Shown here: positions 11,348 to 24,925 of the stretch, piece by piece
How positions within the stretch are numbered: position 1 is the stretch's first letter
Layout of the letters: every line of letters begins with the position of its first letter
DNA from: Eledone cirrhosa
Taxonomy: Eukaryota
DNA: 64,000 nucleotides
Direction: 5' to 3'
Assembly: GCA_964016885.1 (NCBI GenBank)
Contig: OZ024742.1
Location: 207,266,001-207,330,000, forward strand
Position numbers and translations under genes: made by a program
Notes under the pieces: generated by a model
Databases searched by the model: none
Told to the model about the DNA's origin: nothing
Seen by the model: the letters and a program-made list of their open reading frames with translations, nothing else

Positions 11348-14304
11348 CAGGGGTCGGCAACCCCCGGCCGGCGGGCCACATCCGGCCCTCGAGTGATTGT
11401 TGTCCGGCCCGCCATCTTACACTGGACACTAATTATCTAATTAGTAACGAATATAGATACAGTAGTTCACTTCAAGGTTGTGCTGACGTGATGTCCATCA
11501 CAAATCGGTGCTCATACCGTATATATTTACAGATACCTTTGTAACCTTATTATATTTTCCATTTATTATTATTTCCTCTTATCCATCTTTTTCTGGGCTT
11601 TCCGCCAAGCATTATATCACCTGTATTATTATTATTTCCTGTGATTTCATGTATGTGTTTTTGTTCCAGTCAACAAACATAAATGTTGGCTGGAAGTATG
11701 CATTTTCGTCAGCGACTGGAAGGTATACTACCTTACGGTTCGCATGACTCGCTTTTATACCCATATTGTCATTCAATATAATCACTCGTGAATTATTGTC
11801 GTCTTCGTTTGCCTGACCTTACCTGTGCCCCCCCCCCCCGGCACAAGGTAAAGCTGTCCTTGGAAAAATTACTTCGTTCCCTCCTCCCCTGAGTATTTTC
11901 ATTTGAGTTTGTTGTCTGGTGGTATAACAACTATACAGTAGGTATCTTTATTCGATAATAACGTTTATTTAATTATTTGTGATAAATTGTGTGAATTATT
12001 ATTATTAGAATTAGGCCAAAAGTGGTTTAAAAAAACAAATGGGTACCCTGATCTAACAACGTTGTTAGAAACCTGGTTTTATATAATTTATTCACAATTA
12101 TCATATTTTATCGCATTACTGTATTTGCATTTACATTTATTTTCATTGTTTCTTATTTCTTGATTCTGATTATTATACTTTTTGTTCTTTTTCCTTTCCA
12201 TAAATCTTTTTTGTTTGAACAAAAACAAGCCCATGGGAGCTAAGAAAAGAAAAGTGGATTTGGAGTGCCGAACTTTTAACGATGGCTGGACACTTAGCTA
12301 TTTTTTCATTGAGCACTTCGGAAAATGTGTTTGCTTAATTTGTCAAGAAACCATTGCCGTGAAGAAAGTTTCAAATATTAAACGGCACTATGAAACTCGT
12401 CATAATCATTAAAACAGTTTTACTGGAAAAGCACGAGTAAACGAAGTTGCACGGCTGAGAAATAATGTAACAAAGCAATCATCCTTTTTCACTAGAAAAG
12501 TTGAAGAAAGTGACCGAAACACTGGTGCTAGCTACGAGATGTCAAAACTAATTGCAGAAAGGATGAAACATTTTACTGATCGTGATTTCTTCAAAGAATT
12601 ATTGTTGAAGGTAGCAGATGTTGTTTTCTAGAAAAAAGGGAATTATTTTCTGCCATCAGCTTATCGGCAAGAACAGTAACAAGGCGAATTGAAGAGCTGG
12701 CAGCAAATGTCAGAAGTGGCTTGGAGGGCATTTTAAATAATCTGGAGTATTATTCCATTGCTATCGATGAAACCACAGATATTGAGGATACTTGTCAACT
12801 TGCAGTTTTTGTGAGGGGTGTAACACCAACATTTGATATTGTGGAAGAATTTGTACAATTGATTCCTATGAAGCAGATATTTTGGAAAGCATAATAAAAT
12901 GGATTACCGAAATGAATCTGGATTTATCAAAGCTTTCTGGAGTAATCACAGATGGAGCACCAGCAATGGTTGGAGAGAAAAAGTGGTTTGTTGCATTGCT
13001 CCAAAACCACATCAGTATTGATCAAAAACTAATCAAACTTCATTGCATTATTCATCAAAAAGCATTATGTGCAAAGTCACTGAATTTTAAGGACACCATG
13101 GCAGGGGTCGTGAAAACAGTGAATTTTATACTGTCAAGAGGACTAAATCACCGCCAGTTTCAATAATTTCTGAAACAAATTGAAGCAGAGTATCTTACAT
13201 ATTTTTCAAATGTTCGATGGCTTAGCCGCGGAAAAATGATAGAACGAGTATATGCATTGAGAGAAGAGATTTCTATGTTTTTAGAGAGCAAAGACCAAGA
13301 TAATTCTTACTTTCAGGATCCACAGTGGGTTGTCAAGTTACATTTTTTTAGTGGACATCACGACCCACATGAACACTTTGAATCTTGAGCTTCAAGGAAA
13401 GAACAAGGTTGTATTTGAGATGTTTGTTCAAATTACAGCTTTTGAGAGAAAACTTCGACTGTGGGAATCACAACTTCAAAAAGGAAACTACTCTCATTTC
13501 CCAAGTCTCTAAAATCACAAGAGAGATATAATACCAGACATCTTTATGAGCTCTCTTAAGGATTTGAGAAGCGAGTTTTTCTCACTTCCGGCAATATAGA
13601 ACTCTAAGTTATTTGGTACACCTTACGAAACAGATGTGGAGCAAGTGGCAGAAGAATATCAGTTGGAGTTAATTGACTTACAGTGCGACGAATCTTTGAA
13701 ATCGAAATTTCACATCGAATCCACTGCTGACTTCAACAAGAAATATATATTGCCAAGCGGAAAATATAAAAACATCTTGACTAATGCGAAACTGATGATA
13801 TCATTATTTGGAAGTACATATGCTTGTGAATAACTTTTTTCCAAAATGAAATATACTAAAAGTCATTTAAGAACAAGGTAGCGTGACGACCACCTGGATG
13901 ATGTTTTGCTCCTGTCATCGACAAATATTTCACCTGGTGTGGAGAAGTTATCGCACAATAAGCAGAAACAAGTGTCTCATTAAATCATTTACCATTTCTA
14001 ACTGTATTTCGTTTGTAGCAAGGAATTTGCTCTTTTTTTTTGTTGATTGTGATAGTAGTTGTTTTTCTGTTATTCCTGCAGTAAAATAAGGAATTTGCTT
14101 TTTTTTTTGTTGAATGTGTTTGTATTTTTTGTTTTTGTTATTCCTGCAGTAAGATAAGGGGCCTTGTTAAAATAAAATTATATTAAATTCCTTGTTTTGC
14201 TTTAAACCCCCAGAAAATTTATTTACATATTTAATAACATGGCCCTCCTCCATGACACTGCATAGCTGTTTGGCCCTCTCTTTCCAAAAGGTTGCCGACC
14301 CCTG
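11348..14304 (+). mobile_element. hAT DNA transposon (Buster/SPIN/Charlie, GTF2IRD2-like), full length with inactivated transposase
   Basis: 15-bp TIRs CAGGGGTCGGCAACC (11348-11362) and GGTTGCCGACCCCTG (14290-14304); 8-bp TSD TACTAGAC (11340-11347, 14305-14312) with central TA. Confidence 0.95.
12233..13983 (+). pseudogene. hAT transposase pseudogene
   Basis: MGAKKRKVD..CVCLICQE..NIKRHYETRH (BED-type finger), IAIDETTD, ITDGAPAMVG, LHCIIHQ, VRWLSRG, FGSTYACE; several stops and frameshifts. Confidence 0.92.
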
Positions 14305-14799
14305 TACTAGACAATAGCAACTAGAAATGTTGAAGGGGAAGAAGACAATAACAGAACAAAAATTTTTCATTTTAGGTGACCTTTATTTGTCAAGGCTTTA
14401 ATGGTGGTGGTGGCTGGATGGCTGTTTCGTTGGAGGAGTTAGCTGTGGAGTATGGGCACTTTTGGCAAATATGTAATTTGTTTTATGGGTAAGAGGTACC
14501 GTTGAATGTTTAATGTTTTTAAAGTAGTAGTAGTGCTGTTGCTGCTGTTGCTGCTACTACTACTACTACTACTACTGCTACTACTGATGATGATGTTGAT
14601 GGTAGAGGTTGCAGGCAGGAAAAATATTGTCATCAATCCCTCCACTACTACTGATTTAATTCGCGGAATCCTGACGATTGCACCATGCCCGAAACATGAG
14701 CTCCGCCAGGAGGAATGGTTGATGCAGCTGTTATTGCTGGCTGTTCATCGCGGCAGGGATTTCGTTATCTTACTCAGAGATTACCCCACCTAGTTTTTC

Positions 14800-15320
14800 T
14801 CCCTCCTTTTATACTTTTTTCTTTCGTTTCAATTTTTTACTTATTATGATATTGTACATTTCTTCTTCTCTTTCGTAGTCATTAAACACGCCTTCCAGCG
14901 GGACTTGTCAGAAGCAACCGTTTCTAATTGATCCAACTGAATCCCCAAGCGAGAGCAGCCGAGCTCATGGATGTTATCCAACCATTTTGCTCGTGGTCTA
15001 ATCACATGCCCATAGTATGGGAGTTGTGACCTCTCAATTCGGAGAAGTATCGGCTCTACCTGGAGCGACTATGATCTCACTCTATCGTGTAACGTTAGTT
15101 CAAAGTCCCTTCGAAGAAACCCCATTTCGGTTGCGTATTCGCGATCTTATTCTTTCGGTCATTACTCAAGGTTCATGACAACAGGTAAGGTTTAGTACGA
15201 ATACCAAATTGAAGATGGCAAGTTTGGCTTTTACACTTACCTACCTTTTTCTGATGACCGAATGCTAAATCTGGTGCATTACTGCATCAGCTCCTGCAAT
15301 TCTAGCAATTCTCCTTTTTA
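14800..15320 (-). mobile_element. Decayed RTE (Expander/Rex3-like) 3' fragment
   Basis: Minus-strand translation ..LTCCHEP*VMTERIRSRI..EMGFLRR..LHDRVRS..VEPILLRIERSQLPYYGHVIR..WLDNIHELG. Confidence 0.65.
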
Positions 15321-15879
15321 TCTCCCATGTTTGACAGAAGTATTCAAAACGTCGATTTTCCTCCTTTTCTCTTCTATTGCATCGTAAAGTACACTGAGTT
15401 TGATAGATTGTAAATACTGAGTTCAATTGTAGATTTAATTAGGGATGGTGGAAGCATATCTAAATTAAGTGTGTGTGTGGGGAAATTTGGTCAACTTAGC
15501 TGTAGTGATTAGTTTAGCTCTTTGCACTCTAAAATGGTCAGGAAATGCAATTTGAGTCCAAGCAGGTCATATTACATTTACAACTTTCATTAATTATAAA
15601 GTAATTATAGCAAAATGAACTATGCATCTGTCTCTGAATACACATATTTACAATTGGCAAATAGGATATGTGTAGAAAAAGTTATGTCATGACAAACAGA
15701 TTTACTAAAATACTCTGTTATTATCAAATATCATCCAAGATATAAAATCTTTGATATGCGATAAACATAACATGTACATAAATTTGAACGCATATACAAA
15801 TAGATGTGTATTTTCTTTGTTGATTATGAATATACAAAGAAATATAGCCATAAGATAACATTGTAAAGTTAAACAAAAT

Positions 15880-16065
15880 AATTGTTTCTACTTTAGGCAC
15901 AAGGCCAGCAATTACCCAGTGCATTACTGGCACTTTATTTTATCGACCCCGTAAGGATGAAAGGCAAAGTCAACCTCGGCGGGATTTGAACTCAGATCGT
16001 AAAGGAACGTAACTATGCTGGAAAGCATGGCGTCCGACCCTCTACCGATACTGCCAATCCACCAA
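15880..16065 (-). mobile_element. SINE (octopus-type, probably tRNA-derived)
   Basis: B-box-like GAGTTCAAATCCC followed by gccgaggttgactttgcctttcatccttacggggtcgataaaataaag..gctggccttgtgcc; more than 10 copies in the window. Confidence 0.8.
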
Positions 16066-16177
16066 AATAATAATACATAAATGAAACAAAAAGGTAAGGG
16101 AAAGAAGAAAAATAAAGAGAATAAAGCAACAAAGGAAAGGGAGAAAAGGAGGGAGGGACAGACTCTACACTCTAGTC

Positions 16178-16363
16178 TAGGCATGTCAAACTGAGGGTCC
16201 CCCGAGGGCCATATGGGTTACATATGTGTTGCTGAGGGCCGCCCATGACAACTAATTGCGCACATTACAACTAATATTTGTTATTTTATACTACCCTCGC
16301 GCTGTAATAACCTTTCTGTGGACCGCAGGTGAGTTGTAAAGGGCCACATGTTTGACATGCCTG
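16178..16363. mobile_element. Non-autonomous hAT MITE (186 bp)
   Basis: TIR tAGGCATGTCAAAC / GTTTGACATGCCTG; 8-bp TSD CTCTAGTC at 16170-16177 and 16364-16371. Confidence 0.9.
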
Positions 16364-16619
16364 CTCTAGTCTATTCAAGGTAGTGGCGAGTTGCTAATGG
16401 CAAATACCAACATGTCCTTAGACCGTAAATGTTTTCACAGACTGAATATCCTATATGAGAATAAATAAATTGATCTGATCTGGATGAAGAAATCCACCTT
16501 GAATTTGGTTGTATAAATAACATTTGTCATACAAGAAGAGACCATCTCTACTAGAAATATTGGTTCCTCCAATATAGATTTCAAGTGCTGTGTGCATGGA
16601 GTAGTGTTTTAAGCTATTA

Positions 16620-16815
16620 TGGTGGTTTGGCAGAATCGGTAGAGCGGCAGACACCTTACTTTGTAGCATAGAGTTATGACCCTTTATGTTCTGAGTTCAA
16701 ATCCCGCCGAGGTTATCTTTGCCTTTCATCGATAAAATAAACCACCAGTAATGCACTGGGTTCGATTGAATCGACTTTTCCTTCAGTCTAAATTGCTGGC
16801 CTTGAGTAGAAATCA
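16620..16815 (+). mobile_element. SINE (same family as 15880)
   Basis: tggcagaatcggtagagcg A-box-like head, gagttcaaatcccgccgagg core, aattgctggcctt tail. Confidence 0.78.
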
Positions 16816-16842
16816 TTATTTTTACAATTGACACGGGGGGGG

Positions 16843-17447
16843 GGGGTACTAAGCTTTTCATCGAACGACGTTTGACGTAAACGATTTTATCGAAAGTCAT
16901 TTTTGTAATGACATTTCATTAAATAATTTTACAAATATATTATTTTGTTGAATATTTATTTTTTGGGTCAATCGTTATAGGAATTTATATTTCCTGATAG
17001 TTTACGAAGAAAAAGGGATGATGCGTTGAACAGACAACGAAAGATCATTTTAACCGGATCTATGCTGTTAATGATGAATATCTCCTATGTATGGCCTTTA
17101 GCTTTATGAAACTGTAAACAGATAGAACATTTTAATGTTCTGTTACTGTATTTTGAAATAAAGTTTGGGTGCTAATTCTTTTTTATTCTATATCAAAAAT
17201 GATTTTATATTAAAAATAATTCTATATTTAGAGCTTTTCTACAAAATAATATATTTACAAACATATTGTATCAAAAGTATTTACCATAAAGTGATGGTTC
17301 AATAAAAGTCGTTTAATGAAAATATGTTTAAAAAATTATTCCATGAAAAATAGTTTCGATAAAAAGTCGGTGCAGCAAAAGGTCGACCCATGAACATATA
17401 TCTATGAAAAATGTTTTTATTTAAGTTTCGATAAAAAGTAACTCACT
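16843..17447. mobile_element. Putative MITE with decayed ~15-bp subterminal repeats
   Basis: Left end repeats ttt(t/c)atcgaa-like units and right end repeats ttcgataaaaag-like units in inverted orientation; no clean TSD seen. Confidence 0.4.
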
Positions 17448-18129
17448 GTTCGTTTTTGAATTTGATTTGCAAGATTTTTGATTTGAAATCAAATGTTGAA
17501 ACATATATTGTTATACTTTAGGAGGGCCATGCTGTCCATAAAACTAAGAAACAAAAATAGTCTTTGAGATGGATACAGAATATGTGATGAATGAGCTTTG
17601 GGAATTAAATATGACAACTAAATAACCACTTGGCTACTAAACTAACCGAGAAATAGAGGAGGAACTCAACTAATAATAACAATGAAATGAAATTCAACTG
17701 CTGTGTATGTTCCTATTGGTAGCCTGATCCTCCCAAAGTATAACAATATATAAAACAGTTTTGTGAAAATGTTTATAAAAAGTAGGCTCATACGTCAGCT
17801 GGATCAGGGCTGACGTAGAGCCAAACAGCAGCGACGGCGACAGCATCAATAACAACAACAGTAATGGCGCTTCTACACGGTGAAACAAACTTCTAGAAAT
17901 AGGAGGTGCATCTTACTTAACTGACACCTTAACAGCCGTATGAAGGAAGGGCAAAATGGATACTGTAGAGTTCAGGATACACTATGATAAAAAATAACAA
18001 GGCAAAAGAAGACAAAAAACCGAAATAGTTTCGTCTGGAAGGTCTTTCAACATAAGACTCCTTTATCATGACATGGGCTAAAATAACAACGGTGACAGTA
18101 GCAACGAGAAGAAGAAGAATTAGCTAAAT

Positions 18130-18265
18130 AGCTCTGATACTATGGCATAGGTTTAGAAATTTGGGATCCAACTGGATCAGTTGCAGACAGTTGCTTCTGA
18201 CAGGACCGGTTGGAAGGAGGGTTTGAGGACTCTGACCCCACGACCTTCTCATGAATAAGTGGGCG
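18130..18265 (+). mobile_element. Probable LINE (RTE-like) extreme 3' end between (GAA)n tracts
   Basis: ..LQTVASDRTGWKEGLRTLTPRPSHE* followed by a (GAA)n tail. Confidence 0.4.
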
Positions 18266-19000
18266 AAGAAGAAGAAGGAGGAGGAGGATGAGGAGGAGGA
18301 GGAGGAGGGGAGCATCTACGATATGCGTTCGATCGTTCTGCAAGAAACAGCAGCCAAACCTACCTTAAACTACAACTCAACGTCATAAGTGAAGAACAGT
18401 ACATTAGACACCATAAAACCCGATATACACGAGGAGGAAACACATTTGATCATATGTCTATGCGACTAGGGTTAACCTGGCGACATACACAACGGCTAGC
18501 GAAAAGAGCTACAAAAACAACAACCATAACGACTACAAAATTAAATGTCAACAGGAAAGTGTCCTGAGTGAGCAACACGATGTCAAATATAGATGAAAGG
18601 ATGTAAAAAAAAAGCATTAATAAACAAGGAAAAAGGAAACGAAAAGGAAAGACACAGTGTGGGTGGGCAATAGAATAAAATATGACGACATCCCCATCTC
18701 TCACTAGCAGCGAGTGTTTATTGAAAGCTAAAATTTAAGGGAAAAGAAAACAGAATTAAGATATTGAGATAATTTTGCCTTTTGCAGAGGAAGGCAGTTT
18801 GTGTACTAGAGTGAGAATGAATAGTGAGAAGGTAGAGAAATTAAAATGGTCATATGAAAGAAAAGGAAAGATATCGGAGGAATATATATATATATATATA
18901 TAGTGGTAGAACATTGGAAGGTAATATCCGTAGTGGTAGAGCACTCAGTCCATGGGACGAGTTAGGTAGAAGTGGTTACACAACAGTTAGTTCACCATAC

Positions 19001-19038
19001 CGAGAAAAATTGTTTCACCATAGCGGATCTTCAGCTCG
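19001..19038 (-). ncRNA. Minimal type I hammerhead in the inverted pLTR (cleavage-triplet G mutated)
   Basis: Minus strand CGAG-CTGAAGA-TCCGCTATGGT-GAAAC-AATT-TTT-CTCG. Confidence 0.65.
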
Positions 19039-19988
19039 TAATGGACATGGTTATACGGAACAGGAAGGACAACCGTACGAACGCGCATGCACAGAAGCGA
19101 TCACTTCACACAGGCAATACTAAATTGCGGGCTAGAAGTGTAAGGGAGATAACTCCGAAAGTCCGAAAGTTTCTAGTTGATAAGAAAATTAGTATGTTGT
19201 TGTAATTCAATCCAGAGCTTTGTAGTTATGTAAGAGGTGTTTCCAGACGTGTGGACAACGTGTGAAGAATTCATTTCTCGTGTTTAGGCAATCACTATTG
19301 CGTAATCTCTTTAGAATATTTATTCGTTCCTCAATACATAGTCCACACGATGGATTGCCCCTTGCACCAGGGTGCTCTTGCCGTAAGCCCGAAGCTTGTC
19401 CCCTTCAACAGCAATGCAACACACCCGCTGTAGTTTATGAAGCTGTGGTCACTTCCAACCAACCAAATCAACCACAGCAGGTCAAATTCTATGTGGGTAT
19501 GGCGGAGGGCCGATTTAAGGAACGCTTCCTGAACCACCAGCCGACCTTTAGGTACCCGGACAGACATTCATCCACGAAAGTCGCGAGCCACGTATGGTCC
19601 CTCAAGGACTCAAGTATAGACTACTCCATTCAATGGAAAGCCATCACAAAGTCCAAGCCATACGCAAGGGGCAATCCGTCGTGTGAACTATGTATTGATG
19701 AACGAATAAATATTCTAAAGAGATTACGCAATAGTGATTGCCTAAACACGAGAAATGAATTCTTCACACGTTGTCCACACGTCTGGAAACACCTTACATA
19801 ACTACAAAGTTCCGGATTGAATTACAACAACATCCTAATTTTCTTATCAACTCGAAACTTTCGAACTTTCGCAGTTATCTCTCTTACACCCCTCGCACGC
19901 AATTTAGTATTGCCTGTGTGAAGTGATCGTTTCTGCGCATGCGCATTCGTACGGTTGTTCTTCCTGTTCCGTATCACCATGTACATTA

Positions 19989-20026
19989 CGAGCTGAGGAC
20001 CCGCTAAGGTGAAACAATTGTTCTCG
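19989..20026 (+). ncRNA. Minimal type I hammerhead ribozyme in the 5' pLTR
   Basis: CGAG-CTGAGGA-CCCGCTAAGGT-GAAAC-AATT-GTT-CTCG: stem I CGAG/CTCG, core CUGANGA/GAAA, palindromic AATT loop, GUU cleavage triplet. Confidence 0.8.
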
Positions 20027-22516
20027 GTATGGTGAACTAACTGTTGTGTAACCACTCATGGACTGAGTTCTCTACCACTACCTTCTAGTGTTCTACCACT
20101 ATATACGACGCCAGCAACGGTCAGCAGATTCTCTTCACTACGTAGAAGTTTGGCTTTCAGCAGATTCTTCACCACGTGCGAGTTTGGCTTCCTACCCTGT
20201 GAGCGCTCTCTATATCCTCGTGTCCTACACAATTTTGTGTCTCATCAACGTCAGAATGGATTTATAGGAACTGGATTACTCCCTGACGAACATTCTAACT
20301 CCCTCCAACTATGTTTACAAAAAGCTTCTCTTACAAAAAGCGGAAGATGTCGTCAGATGCTTAAGATGGCGAGCCCTAGCTTTTGACTGCAAAATTACAG
20401 GCACCCATAACAACTTCAACCTGAAATGGAGAGCCTACCCTCCTAAGGTAACTGAACTTGCTCCTTTCGAGGCGTATCTTCTTAACTTAGTCGCTAACAT
20501 TTCTTTTCGCAAACACCCTAACACCTTTCAAACTAAACTTAGAAATGATATTAAGGCATTTAGGTCTTCTAATAATACTTAATAATATTTACGAAGTCGA
20601 CAACACCACTTTCCGCCACTTGGCCCATAACGTTATTACTTCCAAGTATAAGAAAGCTAACCCGATGGCCTACCACGACATTAGTACAGAAGCCAAAGAA
20701 CTTGCCGCCGCCCTTAAGGTAGATAAGAACCTACAATCTCTAGCTAAGCGGGAGGCGTTCCTCACCCTAAAAGATCACAAGGTCGACTTTACTTCTAACC
20801 CCACATGTAGGCTGATAAACCCGGCACGCACAGATATGGGACTAGTAAGTAAGGCCATACTTAGAAACATAGGACCAATTAGGACCATTAGGACCAAGTC
20901 CAACCTGTCCCAATGGGAGAACAGCGACTCCGTAATTAAATGGTTTAAATCCTTCAAATCCAAAAAGCGAAGGTCACACAGTTTGACATTGTTGATTTTT
21001 ACCCGTCGATCTCAGAGATCCTGTTAAACAAAGCGTTGGACTTTGCTACCACTTACACTACCGTCGATGGTTTAGACGGGGAAATCATCGCTCACTGCTT
21101 GAAAACCCTCCTCTTCAACAACGGAGTAGACTGGGAAAAGAAGTCAACAACTTCAGACCTATTCGACGTCTCCATGGGATCGTTTGACAGTGCTGACGTA
21201 TGCGACTTGGTTGGCCTATTTATTTTAGACATATTACGTGTTAGATTCCCGGACTTCCACACGGGAATATACCGCGACGATGGACTGACATTATCGAGCC
21301 ATAAAAGTGGTCACAATCTCGACCGGTTTAAAAACGACTTAGCTTCTACCTTCACTGAGTTAGGACTTAGGATAATAGTAGCTACCAACCTCTCTAGCGT
21401 AGATTTCTTAGACATTAATTTAGACCTTCGCACGCACACCTACAGACCCTTCCATAAGCTAAACGAAAAACTCAATTACATTCACAAGGACTCATGCCAT
21501 CCTCCCACTGTGTTTAGAAACTTCGTAAATAATATCAGTACTAGAATCTCAAACCTCTCCTCTAATAAGGCTATCTTTGACAAGGCGGCACTCTACTATA
21601 ACACGGCGTTAGCTAACAGCGGCTTCTCGCAACCTATCACTTACTCTCCCACTAACAACAACAGCAATAAGAAAAGAAAGCGTAACAATAGACAAACTAT
21701 CTGGTTCTCTCCTGCCTTCTCACTCAACGGTAAAACCAATGTAGGCAAACAATTTGTAGCCCTCTTAGATACACACTTTCCCATAGGTCATAAATACCGC
21801 CCCATCTTTAACCGACACAAAGTAAAACTAGGATACTCCTGCGCTAAGAACATGAAGGCCCGCATCACCAACAGGCCTAAGAGCAACACCCCACCAGGGT
21901 GCTCTTGCTGTAAGCACGAAGCCTGTCCCCTTCAACAGCAATGCAAAACAACCGCTGTAGTTTATGAAGCTGTGGTCACTTCCAACCGACCAAATCAACC
22001 ACAGGAGGTCAAATCCTATGTGGGTATGGTGGAGGGCCGATTTATGGAACGCTTCCTGAACCACCAGTCGATCTTTAGGTACCCGGACAGACGTTCATCC
22101 ACGAAACTCGCGAGCCACGTATGGTCCCTCAAGGACTCAAGTATAGACTACTCCATTCAATGGAAAGCCATCACTAAGTCCTAGCCATACGCAAGGCCCA
22201 ATCCGTCGTGTGGACTATGTATTGATGAACGAATAAATATTCTAAAGAGATTACGCAATAGTGATTGCCTAAACACGAGAAATGAATTCTTCACACGTTG
22301 CCTACACGCCTGGAAAAACCTCTTACATAACTACAAAGCTCCAGATTGAATTACAACAACAAACTAATTTTTTTATCAACTAGAAACTTTCCGACTTTTG
22401 GAGTTATCTCCGTACATCTCTCGCACGCAGTTTAGTATTGCCTATGTGAAGTGATCAGTTCTGTGTGTGCGCGTTCGTACGGTTGTCCTTCCTGTTTCGT
22501 ATAACCATGTCCATTA

Positions 22517-22554
22517 CGAGCTGAGGATCCGATGAGGTGAAACAATTGTTCTCG
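22517..22554 (+). ncRNA. Minimal type I hammerhead ribozyme in the 3' pLTR
   Basis: CGAG-CTGAGGA-TCCGATGAGGT-GAAAC-AATT-GTT-CTCG. Confidence 0.78.
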
Positions 22555-23079
22555 GTATGGTGAAATAACTGTTGTTTAACCACTTCTATATATACATATT
22601 GCGTGTATACATATAATTAAATAAACGTATATAAATAAATAAATACGTATATAACAAGCGCACACACATACCTACATATAAATACACATATGTTCGGAAA
22701 CGTACGTCAACCAAAACACAAAGTACACATATACACACACACTACATACGTACGAACCCGCATACTCACACAGACGCAAAACTCACGTATACACATAACC
22801 AAGAGCATATGTACCAGAATATATAATATATACGCCATAACATATACAATCAAATATACGTACGAGAAATTATACCTACCTTCACAAAACATACAGGTAA
22901 TATATACTTACCTATACAAATAAGTAATGGTATACACATAACATATACTTAGCTAACACATCAAGTCGTAAAATATCCGCGTATAGTTCGTACTATCCGT
23001 TAGGGTATAATGTGGGGCTGTAATACAGGAAAGTTTTGTGCAATTTATGTTTACAAGCCGAAATTGCCTCAGATTTTTT

Positions 23080-24510
23080 GTTTAAGATGTGGTCTTTGGC
23101 GTAGAGTATTTCAAGGGCCTCAGCGGCACAGAGGTCACATGGTCTTTTATTTCCGTTATACGATCTAGCCCTAGACAGGATCTCCCAGTGTAACCTCTAT
23201 TGGGTGTGGTTATCTTTTAGACTCCAGATATAAGCTGAAAGTGACGTCATATTCCTTCTTAAAGGGTATCGAAAAGAATGGGTATGCATGTAAAGACGCT
23301 ACTTGAATCTATTGGCGGATAACCCTATGTAGGCCCTACGGGACGTGGTGTTTCAACCTTACATTTTTAGTAACATTAGAAAATGTTACTAGAGATGCAT
23401 TTCGCGGATAGGAGGCAGTCAACCTGATTCCTACAATTACAGTTAGTACTAACTACAGGGTTGCACGTGTTCCTACGCCTAGGTAGTTTAACTAATTTTG
23501 AAGCTGTGATGTTATGTGCAGTGTTAGGAGTCGTAGAGTAAGGAATTTTAATAGTATTTCTATTAAAAATTTTACTATATTTATGTGTAGGGGGAAAATG
23601 CTTCATAATAAGGGAGAGAAAGATCTTAGCTAATGGTGTGGCCACTTCCATATTATATGGTGGGTTATACCATATAATGCGTCGGGATCTATTTTTTCTA
23701 GGTCTATTCTCGTACTCTGTATATGCTACCTTATCAACAAATCCACTCCGAGCAAGAGCATCATTGTAATATGTGGAATGGTCGCTGAAAATATGCTCGT
23801 TCGTAGATAGACGGGAAAGCCTCAAAGAAACGTTTCTTACCAGGTTCTTGGTTATGCTGGCAGGATGGTTAGAATGCTTACTTATGTAATTAAGCGTATC
23901 ATTCGGCTTTCTCTACGGGTAATGCAAGCCATTCGATAAATTGAGGGTAACGTCGAGGTAATTGACGACCGAGAGGTTGGCCTCAACCTGTATGGAGAGG
24001 TTGAAGACTTCAAAGAAGGCTGTGAGTTCTTTTCTGAACCTGTCGAAAGCACCTGGGCCGCATTTAGTCATGGTCAGAAGACCATCATCATGTTACAAAC
24101 CACCGCCCACGTTGGGGAACTCTTCCTTGTTAGAGAAAAGAAGGAAAAGGCCGATAAGATCAGTAACCTCCGCAGAATCGATGGCGCCCATACTCACGTC
24201 GAATGGGGTACTATTAGATTTTTTAATCCAAATAGAGTCGTCGAAATTAATCACCGACTTACGGGCATTGAGGATGACATCAACTTCGAAATCCTTAACC
24301 ACTGTGAGTGTTTTAGCGAAATTGACAGCTCTAAGGAGAAGTGGTAAAGTGATGGAGGAGTAGTAATTATTAAGAGAAGCTGACAATCAGTTTCACGCTG
24401 GTTGGCGTTCATCAGAGCTACGTACTCGCCTACTTTCACCGAAAATTATATAAGCTGGATTCTTATAGAATTCCAATAATATTTAGGAGCTGGTTATACA
24501 GAGCGATTGC
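23080..24510 (-). mobile_element. Penelope-like element fragment (RT + GIY-YIG), decayed
   Basis: YYSSI, PFDVSMGAIDSAEVTDLIG, *HDDGL, YNDALARSG, RIIWYNPPYN, FPPTHKYSKIFNRNTIKIPYS, CNCRNQVDCLL..C, CDLCAAE. Confidence 0.88.
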
Positions 24511-24589
24511 CGGTCCAGCAAAAATTAGGTATTAAATTAGGTATTATGTACATGTGTATATACATATTTACACATTTTTGGATGACCGT

Positions 24590-24768
24590 TGACTCTTATG
24601 AGCCCTTCCGCCAGGCTTTGTTTTTTGCCCTGCAGTGTATCCAAAAATCACCCTCCTCAGCAAGTAGACTTGGTGGGGTAGCCAGCCGGTTTTGTCACCG
24701 TCGACCCGTCCATACGACAGGTTGTACTGAGTTACATGTTACCAGTATCACCCTAGAGTGACCCGACT
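24590..24768 (-). mobile_element. Dispersed repeat, possibly an RTE-type 5' UTR; related copy at ~39910-40030
   Basis: Shared ccgttgact...tttgttttttgccctgcagtgtatccaaaaatcaccctcctca...gttgtactg motif between the two sites. Confidence 0.35.
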
Positions 24769-24772
24769 TATG

Positions 24773-24853
<81 letters not shown>

Positions 24854-24854
24854 G

Positions 24855-24904
<50 letters not shown>

Positions 24905-24925
<21 letters not shown>

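Larger units (their letters stand above)
18901..22588 (+). mobile_element. Penelope-like element, full structure: inverted pLTR (18901-19365), direct 5' pLTR (19366-20100), RT + GIY-YIG ORF (~20257-22330, frameshifted), 3' pLTR (~21893-22588), inserted in (TA)n
   Basis: TLKDHK..PTCRLINPA, FDIVDFYPSI (frameshifted), FDVSMGSFDSADVCDLVG, YRDDGL, VDFLDI, YIHKDSCHP, VVYEAVV..YVGM..RF.ERF.NH, LNTRNEFFTRCPH; duplicated and inverted 3' segments seen directly. Confidence 0.95.

Noticed and set aside
16620-16710. tRNA gene suggested by A/B-box-like motifs (GTTCAAATCCC)
   Set aside because: No cloverleaf; it is the head of a multicopy SINE
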